Shown here: positions 26,196 to 34,691 of the stretch, piece after piece
Layout: each line of letters opens with the position of its first letter
Position numbering within the stretch: position 1 is the first letter of the stretch
Virus record (IMG/VR): IMGVR_UViG_3300034082_003237
Location: 1-52,935 of that record
Strand: one strand, 5' to 3'
Source of the DNA: a virus
Taxonomy: Duplodnaviria; Caudoviricetes
Length of the DNA: 52,935 nt
Translations under genes and position numbers: made by a program
Notes under the pieces: model-generated
Databases searched by the model: none
What the model saw: only the letters and a program-made list of their open reading frames with translations
Told to the model about the DNA's origin: nothing

Positions 26196-26271
26196 GCCCT
26201 TGAAGCATAATTGGCAATGCACCTCACTTGTAATGAGGAGAGAGTGGGTTCGAATCCCACCAAGGGCTCCA
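26196..26271 (+). tRNA. tRNA-Thr(TGT)
   Basis: CCTCA-CTTGTAA-TGAGG; encoded CCA. Confidence 0.92.
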
Positions 26272-26294
26272 GGTGGGGTAGAATATATCATGCC

Positions 26295-27095
26295 ATGGGC
26301 ATAACTATTTACAGAAATCATAAAGTTGGCGAAATACCGCCGACCCCAATGACGTCGATGGTCGACGACTCATTAACCCCAGATAGCATAAAAGTACTAA
26401 AAGAGTATGGCTCCATGCTCGGTTATCCAGTTTCGTATTTGCAGGAGCAGGAGGGTCGGCTAATACAGAATCTTCTGCCCGTGAAAAAGACCGAAAATCA
26501 GCAGATTTCTACATCATCCAAGGTTGAATTGGAGATGCACACAGAATCATCATTTCACCCATATAGACCGTCTTATGTTCTCTTGCTTTGCCTGCGTGGC
26601 GATGATGCTGTAGCTACAACATACGCAGATGATTTCGACATAGTCTCGAAGTTGAGCCGAGAAGCTATTTCCATCCTTCAGAAGAAATGGTTTACCACGC
26701 AAATAGACCAAAGCTTTAGGTCTGAAGGGCAGCCAGACTTGCACGTGGCTACGCCGATACTGGAAAAAATAGGACTAGACAATGAGAACAACTGGAAGAT
26801 AACTTACGATTCCTGGTTCATGAAAGCAGTTGGAGAAGGATGCGATGACTCGCGCCTACAGGCTGCAAGCGCACTGCAAGATATGCGTGACGCTGTGAAT
26901 TCCTCAACAAGAGAAGTTGTCCTGAAGACTGGAGACTTGCTTGTTATAAATAATGACCGTACGGTCCACGGACGAAAGCCGTTCAAGCCAAGATACGATG
27001 GAACCGACAGGTGGGTGCAACGGATGCTTGTGGTTCGTGATATGCCCCCTCCAGAGCATTTCAATGGGCACATGATTACAACAGTGTTTGAGTGA
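26295..27095 (+). CDS. TauD/TfdA (clavaminate synthase-like) 2OG-Fe(II) dioxygenase
   Basis: HTE...LLCLR...GDLLVINN...HGR...RW.QR; start moved to ATG 26295, downstream of tRNA-Thr. Confidence 0.9.
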   Translation: MGITIYRNHKVGEIPPTPMTSMVDDSLTPDSIKVLKEYGSMLGYPVSYLQEQEGRLIQNLLPVKKTENQQISTSSKVELEMHTESSFHPYRPSYVLLLCLRGDDAVATTYADDFDIVSKLSREAISILQKKWFTTQIDQSFRSEGQPDLHVATPILEKIGLDNENNWKITYDSWFMKAVGEGCDDSRLQAASALQDMRDAVNSSTREVVLKTGDLLVINNDRTVHGRKPFKPRYDGTDRWVQRMLVVRDMPPPEHFNGHMITTVFE

Positions 27096-27415
27096 TGAGG
27101 AAATTCAATCCCTTCAAAATGGATTTTAATGTGATGTTCGAGCCAAGATACGACCTATACCCTGTTGCGGTTTTTCAATCTAGATACAGCGGCATATACG
27201 AAGGTGGGGAGTGGTTCGCGATTGGTAATTTTAAAAGTTTCGACGAAATAGGGATTTCAGAATACCTATTCGGCGGTGATTGCGACGCTGTTGATTTTTG
27301 GATGTCTGAAAAATCAGAAATGATTGGAGTTGGGAGTACACCAGACGCTGCTGTAAAGAATCTCTACGAGCGGTATGAGGAAAAAGGTGGCCCTACTCAA
27401 ACATCTCCGGATTAA
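27092..27415 (+). CDS. Hypothetical protein, 107 aa
   Basis: YPV.....RY.G.YEGG.W motif; GTGA overlap. Confidence 0.75.
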   Translation: MMRKFNPFKMDFNVMFEPRYDLYPVAVFQSRYSGIYEGGEWFAIGNFKSFDEIGISEYLFGGDCDAVDFWMSEKSEMIGVGSTPDAAVKNLYERYEEKGGPTQTSPD

Positions 27416-27539
27416 TAAAACTCAATTTATTCCACATCTTTTTTACAAGAGGAATTGAAGTTATCGCGACGAATAGCGCAAAAACAATGGTGACTATAAA
27501 AGAGTTATTTTTACCAATTTTTGGTCTATTTACATTCAT
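27393..27539 (-). CDS. Small membrane protein, 48 aa, absent from the ORF track
   Basis: MNVNRPK...FIVTIVFALFVAITSIPLV; AGGA upstream. Confidence 0.45.
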   Translation of the reverse strand: MNVNRPKIGKNNSFIVTIVFALFVAITSIPLVKKMWNKLSFINPEMFE

Positions 27540-27614
27540 GATTGTTCCTATCTATTTTAGAGATACTTTGTGTATGTTCATCTTATAACAAGATTAAACG
27601 CCATAATAGACATC

Positions 27615-27761
27615 ATGACACTAATCGCTCTAATCGCTTCATTTGCCCTACTAGCCGCTGCACACCGCTTCGTCATGAATTCCGTAGAATCATATGACGG
27701 ATACGGAGCTGGCACAACCCGTGAGTGGAGGCAGTTTGAGAAGGAAAAGCTCGGCTTCTAG
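27615..27761 (+). CDS. Small membrane protein, 48 aa
   Basis: MTLIALIASFALLAAAH hydrophobic N-terminus. Confidence 0.55.
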   Translation: MTLIALIASFALLAAAHRFVMNSVESYDGYGAGTTREWRQFEKEKLGF

Positions 27762-27762
27762 A

Positions 27763-28371
27763 CTACTTAACGTAGATTCCAGCTCTTTCAACGTAGGTTC
27801 CTTCGTCGCTGATAAATCTATACCCTTCAGGCTTTGGGTCTGCTTCATCTTTCCATGCAGGAATTACAGACGTATTGCCGTAAGCAAAGTCTGGATTTCC
27901 TCTTAGGTGAATTTCAATTAGTTTTCCGCCAATAAATTCGCAGTTTATTGTTCTGTATTGAAGCGGGATTAACCCTATGAACTGGGGTAGTGGGTGCCAT
28001 TTGTCCGTTTTTTCCCACTTGGCAAACCTCTGGTATGGCTTTTCTTTATGCTTTGTACCAACCACTTTCAATGTGGGCTCATACTTTGTGTAATCGATAC
28101 TTAAATGTTCACCCTCGAATACTTCACACCAAAATTCCCCCGGATGCAGAAGTTCAACTGTGTTTTTTTCTAAATAAACTTTTCTAGCCTTTTCACCCAT
28201 ACCCTCTATGTTCACCACCGGCTTCACAAAGTACTCGCCTGGCTTTGGAACTGGAATACCACGTGGCCCGCAGATATGCCCAGAAAGCCGGGAAATTATT
28301 AGTTTGTCAAATATCCAGAGATGTTTTGGGTTGCAATCAAGCCACGCCTTGGCTTCTATCTGGAGCTCCAC
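27763..28371 (-). CDS. ATP-grasp-like phage protein
   Basis: VKPV.N..GMG..A; FWCE.FEGEHLSIDY; INCEFI..KLIEIHLR.N. Confidence 0.7.
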   Translation of the reverse strand: MELQIEAKAWLDCNPKHLWIFDKLIISRLSGHICGPRGIPVPKPGEYFVKPVVNIEGMGEKARKVYLEKNTVELLHPGEFWCEVFEGEHLSIDYTKYEPTLKVVGTKHKEKPYQRFAKWEKTDKWHPLPQFIGLIPLQYRTINCEFIGGKLIEIHLRGNPDFAYGNTSVIPAWKDEADPKPEGYRFISDEGTYVERAGIYVK

Positions 28372-28373
28372 CT

Positions 28374-28619
28374 TTACGGCTCAATAAAGATGCACTCACC
28401 AGGGCATTCTTCGGCAGCTTCAATTACGTCAGATAGTCTTTCGTCTGCGAAAGAAGCCATTCCTTGGGCTCCTTCGGGGTTTCCCACAGAAGAGGCAAAT
28501 ATCTTGTCCCCTTCTTTGACGTACGCCAAACCATCTGGCATCATCGTAAACACATCTGGTGCTATTTCCGCGCAAAGGCCATCTCCAGTACATAGGTCTT
28601 GGTCAATCCAGACTCTCAT
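28374..28619 (-). CDS. Ferredoxin, actinobacterial type, 81 aa
   Basis: MRVWIDQDLCTGDGLCAEIAPDVF...ECPGECI. Confidence 0.9.
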   Translation of the reverse strand: MRVWIDQDLCTGDGLCAEIAPDVFTMMPDGLAYVKEGDKIFASSVGNPEGAQGMASFADERLSDVIEAAEECPGECIFIEP

Positions 28620-29065
28620 TATTTTTCCTTTGTAATTGGTCCACCAGCAACCCATGCTCGACAGGTGCGCTTGGATGCGCACTTGAAATCAAATGCTTCA
28701 CAGTATCCGAGTTGACCAGCGGCATCGATAGCCGCCCATTCATCCTGTCTTTCACCACCAGTGACTCCTGCGTTAATACAGTCCTTCATTTCTGGGGTGA
28801 CAATGAATAGTGAGCAATTGCCGCACAGCTGCTTTTTGGCCTGCGCTTCAGTTGTGTCCCATTCTTTTGCGAGCTTTGACCAGTATTCAGTGTTTTGTTC
28901 TGCTGGATTGAGCGGTCCGTACATGGCGGTATCGATAGCTTTTTTTCTATTGCGCAGGTTTACAGCAATGTCTTTTGTCGCTTTTGGACAGCTCTCTAAA
29001 GCTGCTTTTGACAAGAACCTAAATCCTTTTATGTTTCCGGAAAAGTTTCCCCATGTCTGTGTCAT
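28619..29065 (-). CDS. Conserved Cys-rich phage protein
   Basis: CP.AT...YGPLNP...CGNC..F...GYC...FKC...RTC..W. Confidence 0.8.
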   Translation of the reverse strand: MTQTWGNFSGNIKGFRFLSKAALESCPKATKDIAVNLRNRKKAIDTAMYGPLNPAEQNTEYWSKLAKEWDTTEAQAKKQLCGNCSLFIVTPEMKDCINAGVTGGERQDEWAAIDAAGQLGYCEAFDFKCASKRTCRAWVAGGPITKEK

Positions 29066-29469
29066 TTTGTTTCCCTTTTGAATTCCGACCATGTTTTATC
29101 GCCAACTCCATAATACTCTCTGGCGTAACCTGATTGAATGATGTCTTTGTTTAGACATGCGGTAGACGGGTCGTCTATTTTTTCCGAGCTATATATTCTT
29201 GCAAGAACACGCCCGTACTTGTCATTTTTGTCTGGAATTGTATTTACAAAAACCCACTTGTGATTAGTTAGCCAATCCTTGGTAAAAGATTTAGCCTTTA
29301 ATCCCAATTCCTTTTCTGCAAGGTCTTTGGTTCTTGATTCAGGAGTGTTCACTCCATACAAGCGAACACGAATCTTGTGATGAACACTGAACCCCAGGTC
29401 GACCATCAGGTCCACGGTGTCTCCGTCTACGACATTAAGGACCGTAGCCCCATACCAAAACCGCTCCAT
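29062..29469 (-). CDS. Thermonuclease (SNase-like)
   Basis: VVDGDTV...RVRLYGVNTPE...DKYGRVLA. Confidence 0.9.
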   Translation of the reverse strand: MERFWYGATVLNVVDGDTVDLMVDLGFSVHHKIRVRLYGVNTPESRTKDLAEKELGLKAKSFTKDWLTNHKWVFVNTIPDKNDKYGRVLARIYSSEKIDDPSTACLNKDIIQSGYAREYYGVGDKTWSEFKRETK

Positions 29470-29471
29470 TA

Positions 29472-31085
29472 TTAGCGTGCTGTTCCGGTGTTTTTATCTG
29501 GTGTTCTTTTTGGAGCAGGAGGTCCGACCTGTGGCTTTGGTCTAAAGAATCCTGGGTCTGGATTTTTGTCCTTGTCAACTCGTGGGCCTCTTGCCGGACC
29601 ACTTGCCTGCTCTGTTCTGTCAGCACCAGGGCGCGTTGCAGAAGGGTTGCTGGTTTTTGGATACCTATCGGCTGGTTTTTGGTCGCGCGGACTAGATGGA
29701 GACGGCTTTTGGCCCGGTGGATACTTCTTGCCTGGCTCTGGGTACCTGTCCGCTGGTTTTTGGTCGCGTGGCTTCGATGGGGAAGGCTTCTGACCTGGTG
29801 GGTATTTCTTCTCTGGGTTTGGGTATCTGTCTGCTGGTTTACCTGGCTCGTAACCCTTTGGATATGGAGGATTTGGCTTGGGCTTTTTGGGTGGTTCTGA
29901 ACTAGTTGCTGGTTTTTTTGATTCTCCAGCACGAACCCTTCTATCGTATTCAGCTCTTGCTGCCCTGCGGGCTGCACGTTCTTTTTCATCACGGTCTTCT
30001 TTTTTGGCGTTTGCCGTAATTCCTTGTTTTTTCAACTGATTACGGACAAAACGCTTTCTGTCTTCATCCTGATTGAACTTTTCTCTTGCCGCAGCTCTTG
30101 CGTCTCTTTCTTTTTCAGGCCTGTCGTAAATCTGATTCTGAATCTGACCTTTGTCGTCCTCTTCTGGAACAATTCTTCCCATTCGTGTCGGTTTTATTCC
30201 TTGCCTTGCTAATTCACGTTGAACTTCTCGTCTTCTTCGTTTTTCAAGGAATGAGTTACTCAGTTTCTTGTACGGCTCTCTTTGTTTTTTGGGCTTGGCC
30301 TGTTCATTTTCTGTGCCGTCGAAAATCTTTCCATCACCATCGCGGTCGACTTCATCTTCTGGGTTGCTTCCTGGAGGGGGCGCACCGCCGGAACGCTGTC
30401 CTATCGATTGCCCAAGAGCAGATTTATCGTCTTTTATCTTTAGGCCATAGAATTCTTCTGACTTCTTTTTTGAATTCTCATATCTTTCAAGAAGTTTTCT
30501 TCCTTTTGCTGCCAATGCAGCAGCATCTTCTGCATTCTTTGGAACTCTCTCGCCCCATGCAGTAGCAGAAAGCGCCAAACGTGTTGCTCTACCTTTTTCG
30601 TCAACCATTGGGCCTGATGGATTTGTAAAGAATCTTGTAAGGAATGAACCCTTTCGACGCATCTTCTCTGGTGTATCAGCAGCACCCTTTACTCCTGGTT
30701 TTAGATTTGAACCTTCAGTTCTATTAAAGTACGCTCTACCGGCTGCAGTCAGACCACCCTTCGGGTCTTTTAGTTTTGGCTTTGCAGATTTTCCATCAAC
30801 TGGAACACAGTTCGGAACCTTTTTGCCGCTCTTGCCAATCTTCATTCCAACTTGTTTGTATCCAGGCCAACACGGACCATCCGATGCCTTGGTGTTTAAA
30901 TCATCTGGTAAACCAGAACCGTCCATATAGCTATCAAAAACTTTTGACGAGAAGTACTCATCGTAGATAGGCATTAAATCTGCCTCGTCGATGTCGGATG
31001 CTACTTCTACCTTGAGGTTGAGTAGTTCTTCGAAAAGTTGTTCGTCATCTAGTTCGTTCATTACGTAATTCTCCCATATTTTCAT
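29472..31085 (-). CDS. Modular head-region protein: CWPGY motif, DUF6321-like domain, DxDGDG motif, Pro/Lys-rich repeats (start uncertain)
   Basis: CWPGYKQVG...VPNCVP; KDPKGGLTAAGR...RRKGSFL.RF; DRDGDGKIFDGT. Confidence 0.8.
   Translation of the reverse strand: MKIWENYVMNELDDEQLFEELLNLKVEVASDIDEADLMPIYDEYFSSKVFDSYMDGSGLPDDLNTKASDGPCWPGYKQVGMKIGKSGKKVPNCVPVDGKSAKPKLKDPKGGLTAAGRAYFNRTEGSNLKPGVKGAADTPEKMRRKGSFLTRFFTNPSGPMVDEKGRATRLALSATAWGERVPKNAEDAAALAAKGRKLLERYENSKKKSEEFYGLKIKDDKSALGQSIGQRSGGAPPPGSNPEDEVDRDGDGKIFDGTENEQAKPKKQREPYKKLSNSFLEKRRRREVQRELARQGIKPTRMGRIVPEEDDKGQIQNQIYDRPEKERDARAAAREKFNQDEDRKRFVRNQLKKQGITANAKKEDRDEKERAARRAARAEYDRRVRAGESKKPATSSEPPKKPKPNPPYPKGYEPGKPADRYPNPEKKYPPGQKPSPSKPRDQKPADRYPEPGKKYPPGQKPSPSSPRDQKPADRYPKTSNPSATRPGADRTEQASGPARGPRVDKDKNPDPGFFRPKPQVGPPAPKRTPDKNTGTAR
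29660..29842 (-). repeat. Coding tandem repeat, 81-bp/27-aa unit, ~2.3 copies
   Basis: KPADRYP x3, KKYPPGQKPSPSxPRDQ x2. Confidence 0.85.
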
Positions 31086-31112
31086 CGATTTAGAGGACAA
31101 CAAATGATAACA

Positions 31113-31646
31113 CTAGCTAGCGTCAACAATCATATGAATCCTGTGAGTGGAGCCATTGTTGTCGACTTTGTGAACCCTGTTGGTGTTGTCTATCACCCAA
31201 ATCTCCCCTGGTTTTAAATTCTTAGAAATACCACCAACCGTGAATGTGCAGGAGCTATTTGTGACAATAGGTATGTGTATTCTGTGAGTGTTTCTGGTGA
31301 CCACTCCCTGGTCTTTGTGCGGCTTAATAATCCCTCCAGGGTTCATCCTTGTCAACATCGAGGACGTTTCTGAAACTTGACCAATGGATTCTCCGACAAT
31401 TTTGCATATTTCCATTATGTCCGAACTGAATTGTTCGTAATGTTGGTGCTTTTCTGGATTGTACTCATTGGACTTTGGAGAATACTTCAACGGGATTGTC
31501 TCGGTGTGATAACTGGCTATCCCCCCTGTGTTTTTTCTACCCCTATATTCACTCCAATCTAGGTCATTGAAGGATAAAACCTTATTCAGTAGATTCTGAA
31601 AGTCTGGGAAAATTCCCACATATCTAAATGCTTCATTTTCTTTCAT
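31113..31646 (-). CDS. Aspartyl/asparaginyl beta-hydroxylase-like 2OG-Fe(II) oxygenase
   Basis: PGG.IKPHKD...RIHIPI.TN...GEIW..DN...H.V.N.G...RIH. Confidence 0.85.
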   Translation of the reverse strand: MKENEAFRYVGIFPDFQNLLNKVLSFNDLDWSEYRGRKNTGGIASYHTETIPLKYSPKSNEYNPEKHQHYEQFSSDIMEICKIVGESIGQVSETSSMLTRMNPGGIIKPHKDQGVVTRNTHRIHIPIVTNSSCTFTVGGISKNLKPGEIWVIDNTNRVHKVDNNGSTHRIHMIVDAS

Positions 31647-31661
31647 GAAATCATCCTATAT

Positions 31662-31710
31662 AAAGCAAAAACCTCACGCCCCCATTGCTGGAAACGTGAG
31701 GTTTGCTTTT
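31662..31710 (-). terminator. Terminator after the major capsid gene
   Basis: AAAGCAAAACCTCACG...CGTGAGGTTTGCTTT long inverted repeat. Confidence 0.75.
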
Positions 31711-31722
31711 ACTTGGTTTGAA

Positions 31723-33099
31723 TTACGCTTCTGGAGCTCCGTCGAAGTCAATCGAAACGAACGCTTCTGGACGCTTGACAGCCAGAGCAAGTCTCTGTTC
31801 TGCAAGAATCACGATTGCGTTGCGCACGAAGAAGTCTGAGTGCTGTTCCGAAATTCGGATTGAAGCCTGCTCGCGGTCGTACAGCTGTGCAGCAGTACCG
31901 AAAGCACCGACGAGGCCGGTTCCTTCTGTCATTGCTGGAGTGTCGATAACTGGCATTCTCCAAACGCGTGGCTCGCCACCCATTGCAACCGAAACTGCGA
32001 TGAGGTATTGACCCTGCTCGTCCTTCGTCAACTCGATGTCTTCCCAGTCGTTCGGGTGCAATACAACGCCCGATGGCTCGTAGTAAGCCAAGAAGGACAG
32101 TGTTGCAGCACGACGGATTGCGTCAGCCTTGGTGTCCACCACTGGAAGTGTTGCACCGTCTGACCATGCGTACGTCTGGATGTTTGGTGTCTGCAAAACG
32201 CCCAAGAGGTTCTCGCCAGCGCCATCGCCGTTAAGAATTTGGTTGTCTTCCAGCAAACGAAGTCCGTACATCAACTCGTTGTCGATGATTGAACGCAGCT
32301 GTGGCTCATCGGCAAGGACGTTGCGGTGTGCAGCTTCCCAGTGTGCCAATGTGCGAACAGGTGCCTGCTCACCAACGAATGAGAACGATGACTGTGGCTT
32401 CAACGCAAATGCGCTGTTTCCACCGTTACGCTCAGCAATTGTTGAAGCTGAGTTGACACCAGCAGCGAAGCCGTAACCCTCCTGGATAGGAGTGGTGAAG
32501 CCGAGCTGACGGAAGTATTCGATAACTGCTGCAGTTGTTGTGCGAACTGGGAACAAGTCACGAACACGCTTTGTGCGCATTGGCTGTGTAACCATTGCAT
32601 CGCGCTGTACTGAACCGAACGAACCGATTCGGCTGTTTGTTACGTCAGTGCCAGGAAGTGCTGAGTAAACATCTTTTACGTTGTACGAGCCAGATGTGAA
32701 CGAAGCCTTTACCTGCCATGGTGCAACCATGTTTGCGCCATTGCGGCCATTTGCGAGGGTCTTGAATTCAGCTGAATCCAAGAACATTTCGCCGATTGAC
32801 TTGATTTCACGGCTTGAAAGCTGTGAAACTTCTGCACTTGCTGCAGCAAAAGAGCCTGCAACACTTTCTGCTGGCTGTGAAGCCCATGAATCAACGCTAT
32901 TCATTGTCTGCATACCGTCGATGAGGCTCTTGATTTCCTTGATGTCTGACATGTTCTTGTCGAACGCTGTCTTCTGCTCAGGGGTGACGACAACTGTGCC
33001 GTCTTCTACACGGAATGAATCCGCGATGGCCTTATTGTCGGCCATCTTTCCACGAAGTGCACCTTGCAGTTCGTTTAATCTTGAATTGTCTTGCGACAT
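31723..33099 (-). CDS. HK97-fold major capsid protein with an N-terminal delta domain
   Basis: TLAHW...DEPQLRS.ID..L.YG...EDNQILNGDG...LHP.DW...FVRNAIVILAEQR...RPEAF; AGGAG RBS. Confidence 0.95.
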   Translation of the reverse strand: MSQDNSRLNELQGALRGKMADNKAIADSFRVEDGTVVVTPEQKTAFDKNMSDIKEIKSLIDGMQTMNSVDSWASQPAESVAGSFAAASAEVSQLSSREIKSIGEMFLDSAEFKTLANGRNGANMVAPWQVKASFTSGSYNVKDVYSALPGTDVTNSRIGSFGSVQRDAMVTQPMRTKRVRDLFPVRTTTAAVIEYFRQLGFTTPIQEGYGFAAGVNSASTIAERNGGNSAFALKPQSSFSFVGEQAPVRTLAHWEAAHRNVLADEPQLRSIIDNELMYGLRLLEDNQILNGDGAGENLLGVLQTPNIQTYAWSDGATLPVVDTKADAIRRAATLSFLAYYEPSGVVLHPNDWEDIELTKDEQGQYLIAVSVAMGGEPRVWRMPVIDTPAMTEGTGLVGAFGTAAQLYDREQASIRISEQHSDFFVRNAIVILAEQRLALAVKRPEAFVSIDFDGAPEA

Positions 33100-33244
33100 A
33101 TTTTGCTCCTGTTTGGAATTGAGGGTTGGATTATTTGCTTTGCGGCTCAGGTAAGCACCCAGCCCTAGTTATATAAAGTAACAGATATTTACACCCTCCA
33201 GTGGAACTACTTTATTTGCAAACAAAAGTGTGTAAATAATTAAA

Positions 33245-33964
33245 TTAATCTTGTGTCAGTTCTTCTTGTATTGATTTTTTTCTTTTGAGTTTTCCTAGCT
33301 CTTCCCGAAGAACGGTTCGTATTGCATTCCTTTGTTCTGATGCGCGACCCCTTCTTCCAAGAGAGGTTGAGCCTGACAATCTTGCGTAATCGCTCATGTT
33401 CGTGCATGGCATCCAAACAGCTCTTCCGGTTTTGGATATTCTTCGACTTATCCCAATACAGCCCATCTGACGCGAACGAGCGCGGGCTGATTCTGGGTCT
33501 GTAAAAACATCTGGGTCATTGTCCCTTACATATTCCGGACCAGCCATTGAGGCCTTCGCAGAACTTGCACCGAACATGTTCATTGTTGGACCGCCAGAAA
33601 CAGCAGAACCACTTGACACGCCAGAGCCAATATCCTGTGGTGCTGCGAATTGGCTTGGTCCAGAAGTTATTCCAGGACCAGAGCCGATTAGCCCCTGTAT
33701 TGGTCGTTCCCGAAGTTTTTCCCACCCGTCTCTTTTCCTCTTTCGCTTTTTACGACCGATTTGTTCTCTTTTGAAGGAGTCTTCATCTGTGGACTTTGCT
33801 TTCCAATCGGCAGTTTCAGCGCTATTGGAAATCCGCTCCAGAGACTCTTGGGATGCACAGGGCATCCAGTTTCCATCTTCATCCTTGTGCGCCCCACTGC
33901 AGCCAATCATCTCCGCGACACGCAGAGCTTCAATTTTTTTAACCAACTCTTTTTTCTTTGCCAC
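33245..33964 (-). CDS. Head-region protein with two DUF3721-like repeats
   Basis: A..IGCSG.H....WMPC and AR..S..MGC.G....WMPC. Confidence 0.75.
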   Translation of the reverse strand: MAKKKELVKKIEALRVAEMIGCSGAHKDEDGNWMPCASQESLERISNSAETADWKAKSTDEDSFKREQIGRKKRKRKRDGWEKLRERPIQGLIGSGPGITSGPSQFAAPQDIGSGVSSGSAVSGGPTMNMFGASSAKASMAGPEYVRDNDPDVFTDPESARARSRQMGCIGISRRISKTGRAVWMPCTNMSDYARLSGSTSLGRRGRASEQRNAIRTVLREELGKLKRKKSIQEELTQD

Positions 33965-33965
33965 G

Positions 33966-34691
33966 CTAGAACCTTTTTATTTTCTGCTCAATAGCTTTGT
34001 CGATTCTGTTTGCGGAGACTGATTCCGTTTGTTGAGATAGTGATTTTACTCTTCTTAGGGAGCGATTGTTGCTGCATCCAACCCCGGTTTTTTCATCTAT
34101 AAAACGGGATATTTTTCTAGAGAATCCGAATCCGGACAATTCCTGCATCTTCATGGACTCAAAAGATTGCTTGTATTCCGAGCGAAGGTCAATGAATTTT
34201 CCAGATTTTGTATCGATAGATACTTTTCGGTTTTTTGCTTCTTTTATCAAGGAAATCTTTTTAATTTTGTTCTTAAATGATTTTGCTCTATAGTCAAGCG
34301 CGGAAAAAGATGAAGAATCTTTATCTATTTTTTTAGGTTTTGTCTGAACCGATAGATTCTTGCTAAATACTGTCCTTCCTGCAAAAACTGTTTTTAAGGA
34401 AAATGTCTTCTGGATAACCTTTTCTGCAAACTGGTCTAATTGAATTTTTCCTGAGAATGTTTGGCTGATAATCGATTGGGCTGCATTGTCGCTGATTTGC
34501 TTAAACCTCGTTGATTCAGTCCATTCTGGCGCTTTTATGTCGGACTCAGAAATTACTGTCTTTTGAGCATTGTCCGCCCAAGTTGAGCCCATCTCGTGAA
34601 ACCCGTAAAAAGAAAAAGTTTCATCGTTTTTTAGAACTAGCGCGAATGGCGTGTCTCTGACTGCATCTTTAATTACTAGTATCTCAGGCAT
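33966..34691 (-). CDS. Lys-rich hypothetical head-region protein, 241 aa
   Basis: Long ORF coupled to its neighbours. Confidence 0.75.
   Translation of the reverse strand: MPEILVIKDAVRDTPFALVLKNDETFSFYGFHEMGSTWADNAQKTVISESDIKAPEWTESTRFKQISDNAAQSIISQTFSGKIQLDQFAEKVIQKTFSLKTVFAGRTVFSKNLSVQTKPKKIDKDSSSFSALDYRAKSFKNKIKKISLIKEAKNRKVSIDTKSGKFIDLRSEYKQSFESMKMQELSGFGFSRKISRFIDEKTGVGCSNNRSLRRVKSLSQQTESVSANRIDKAIEQKIKRF

Noticed and set aside
26211-26294. N-terminal extension of the dioxygenase given in the ORF track
   Set aside because: It overlaps tRNA-Thr; ATG 26295 is the plausible start.
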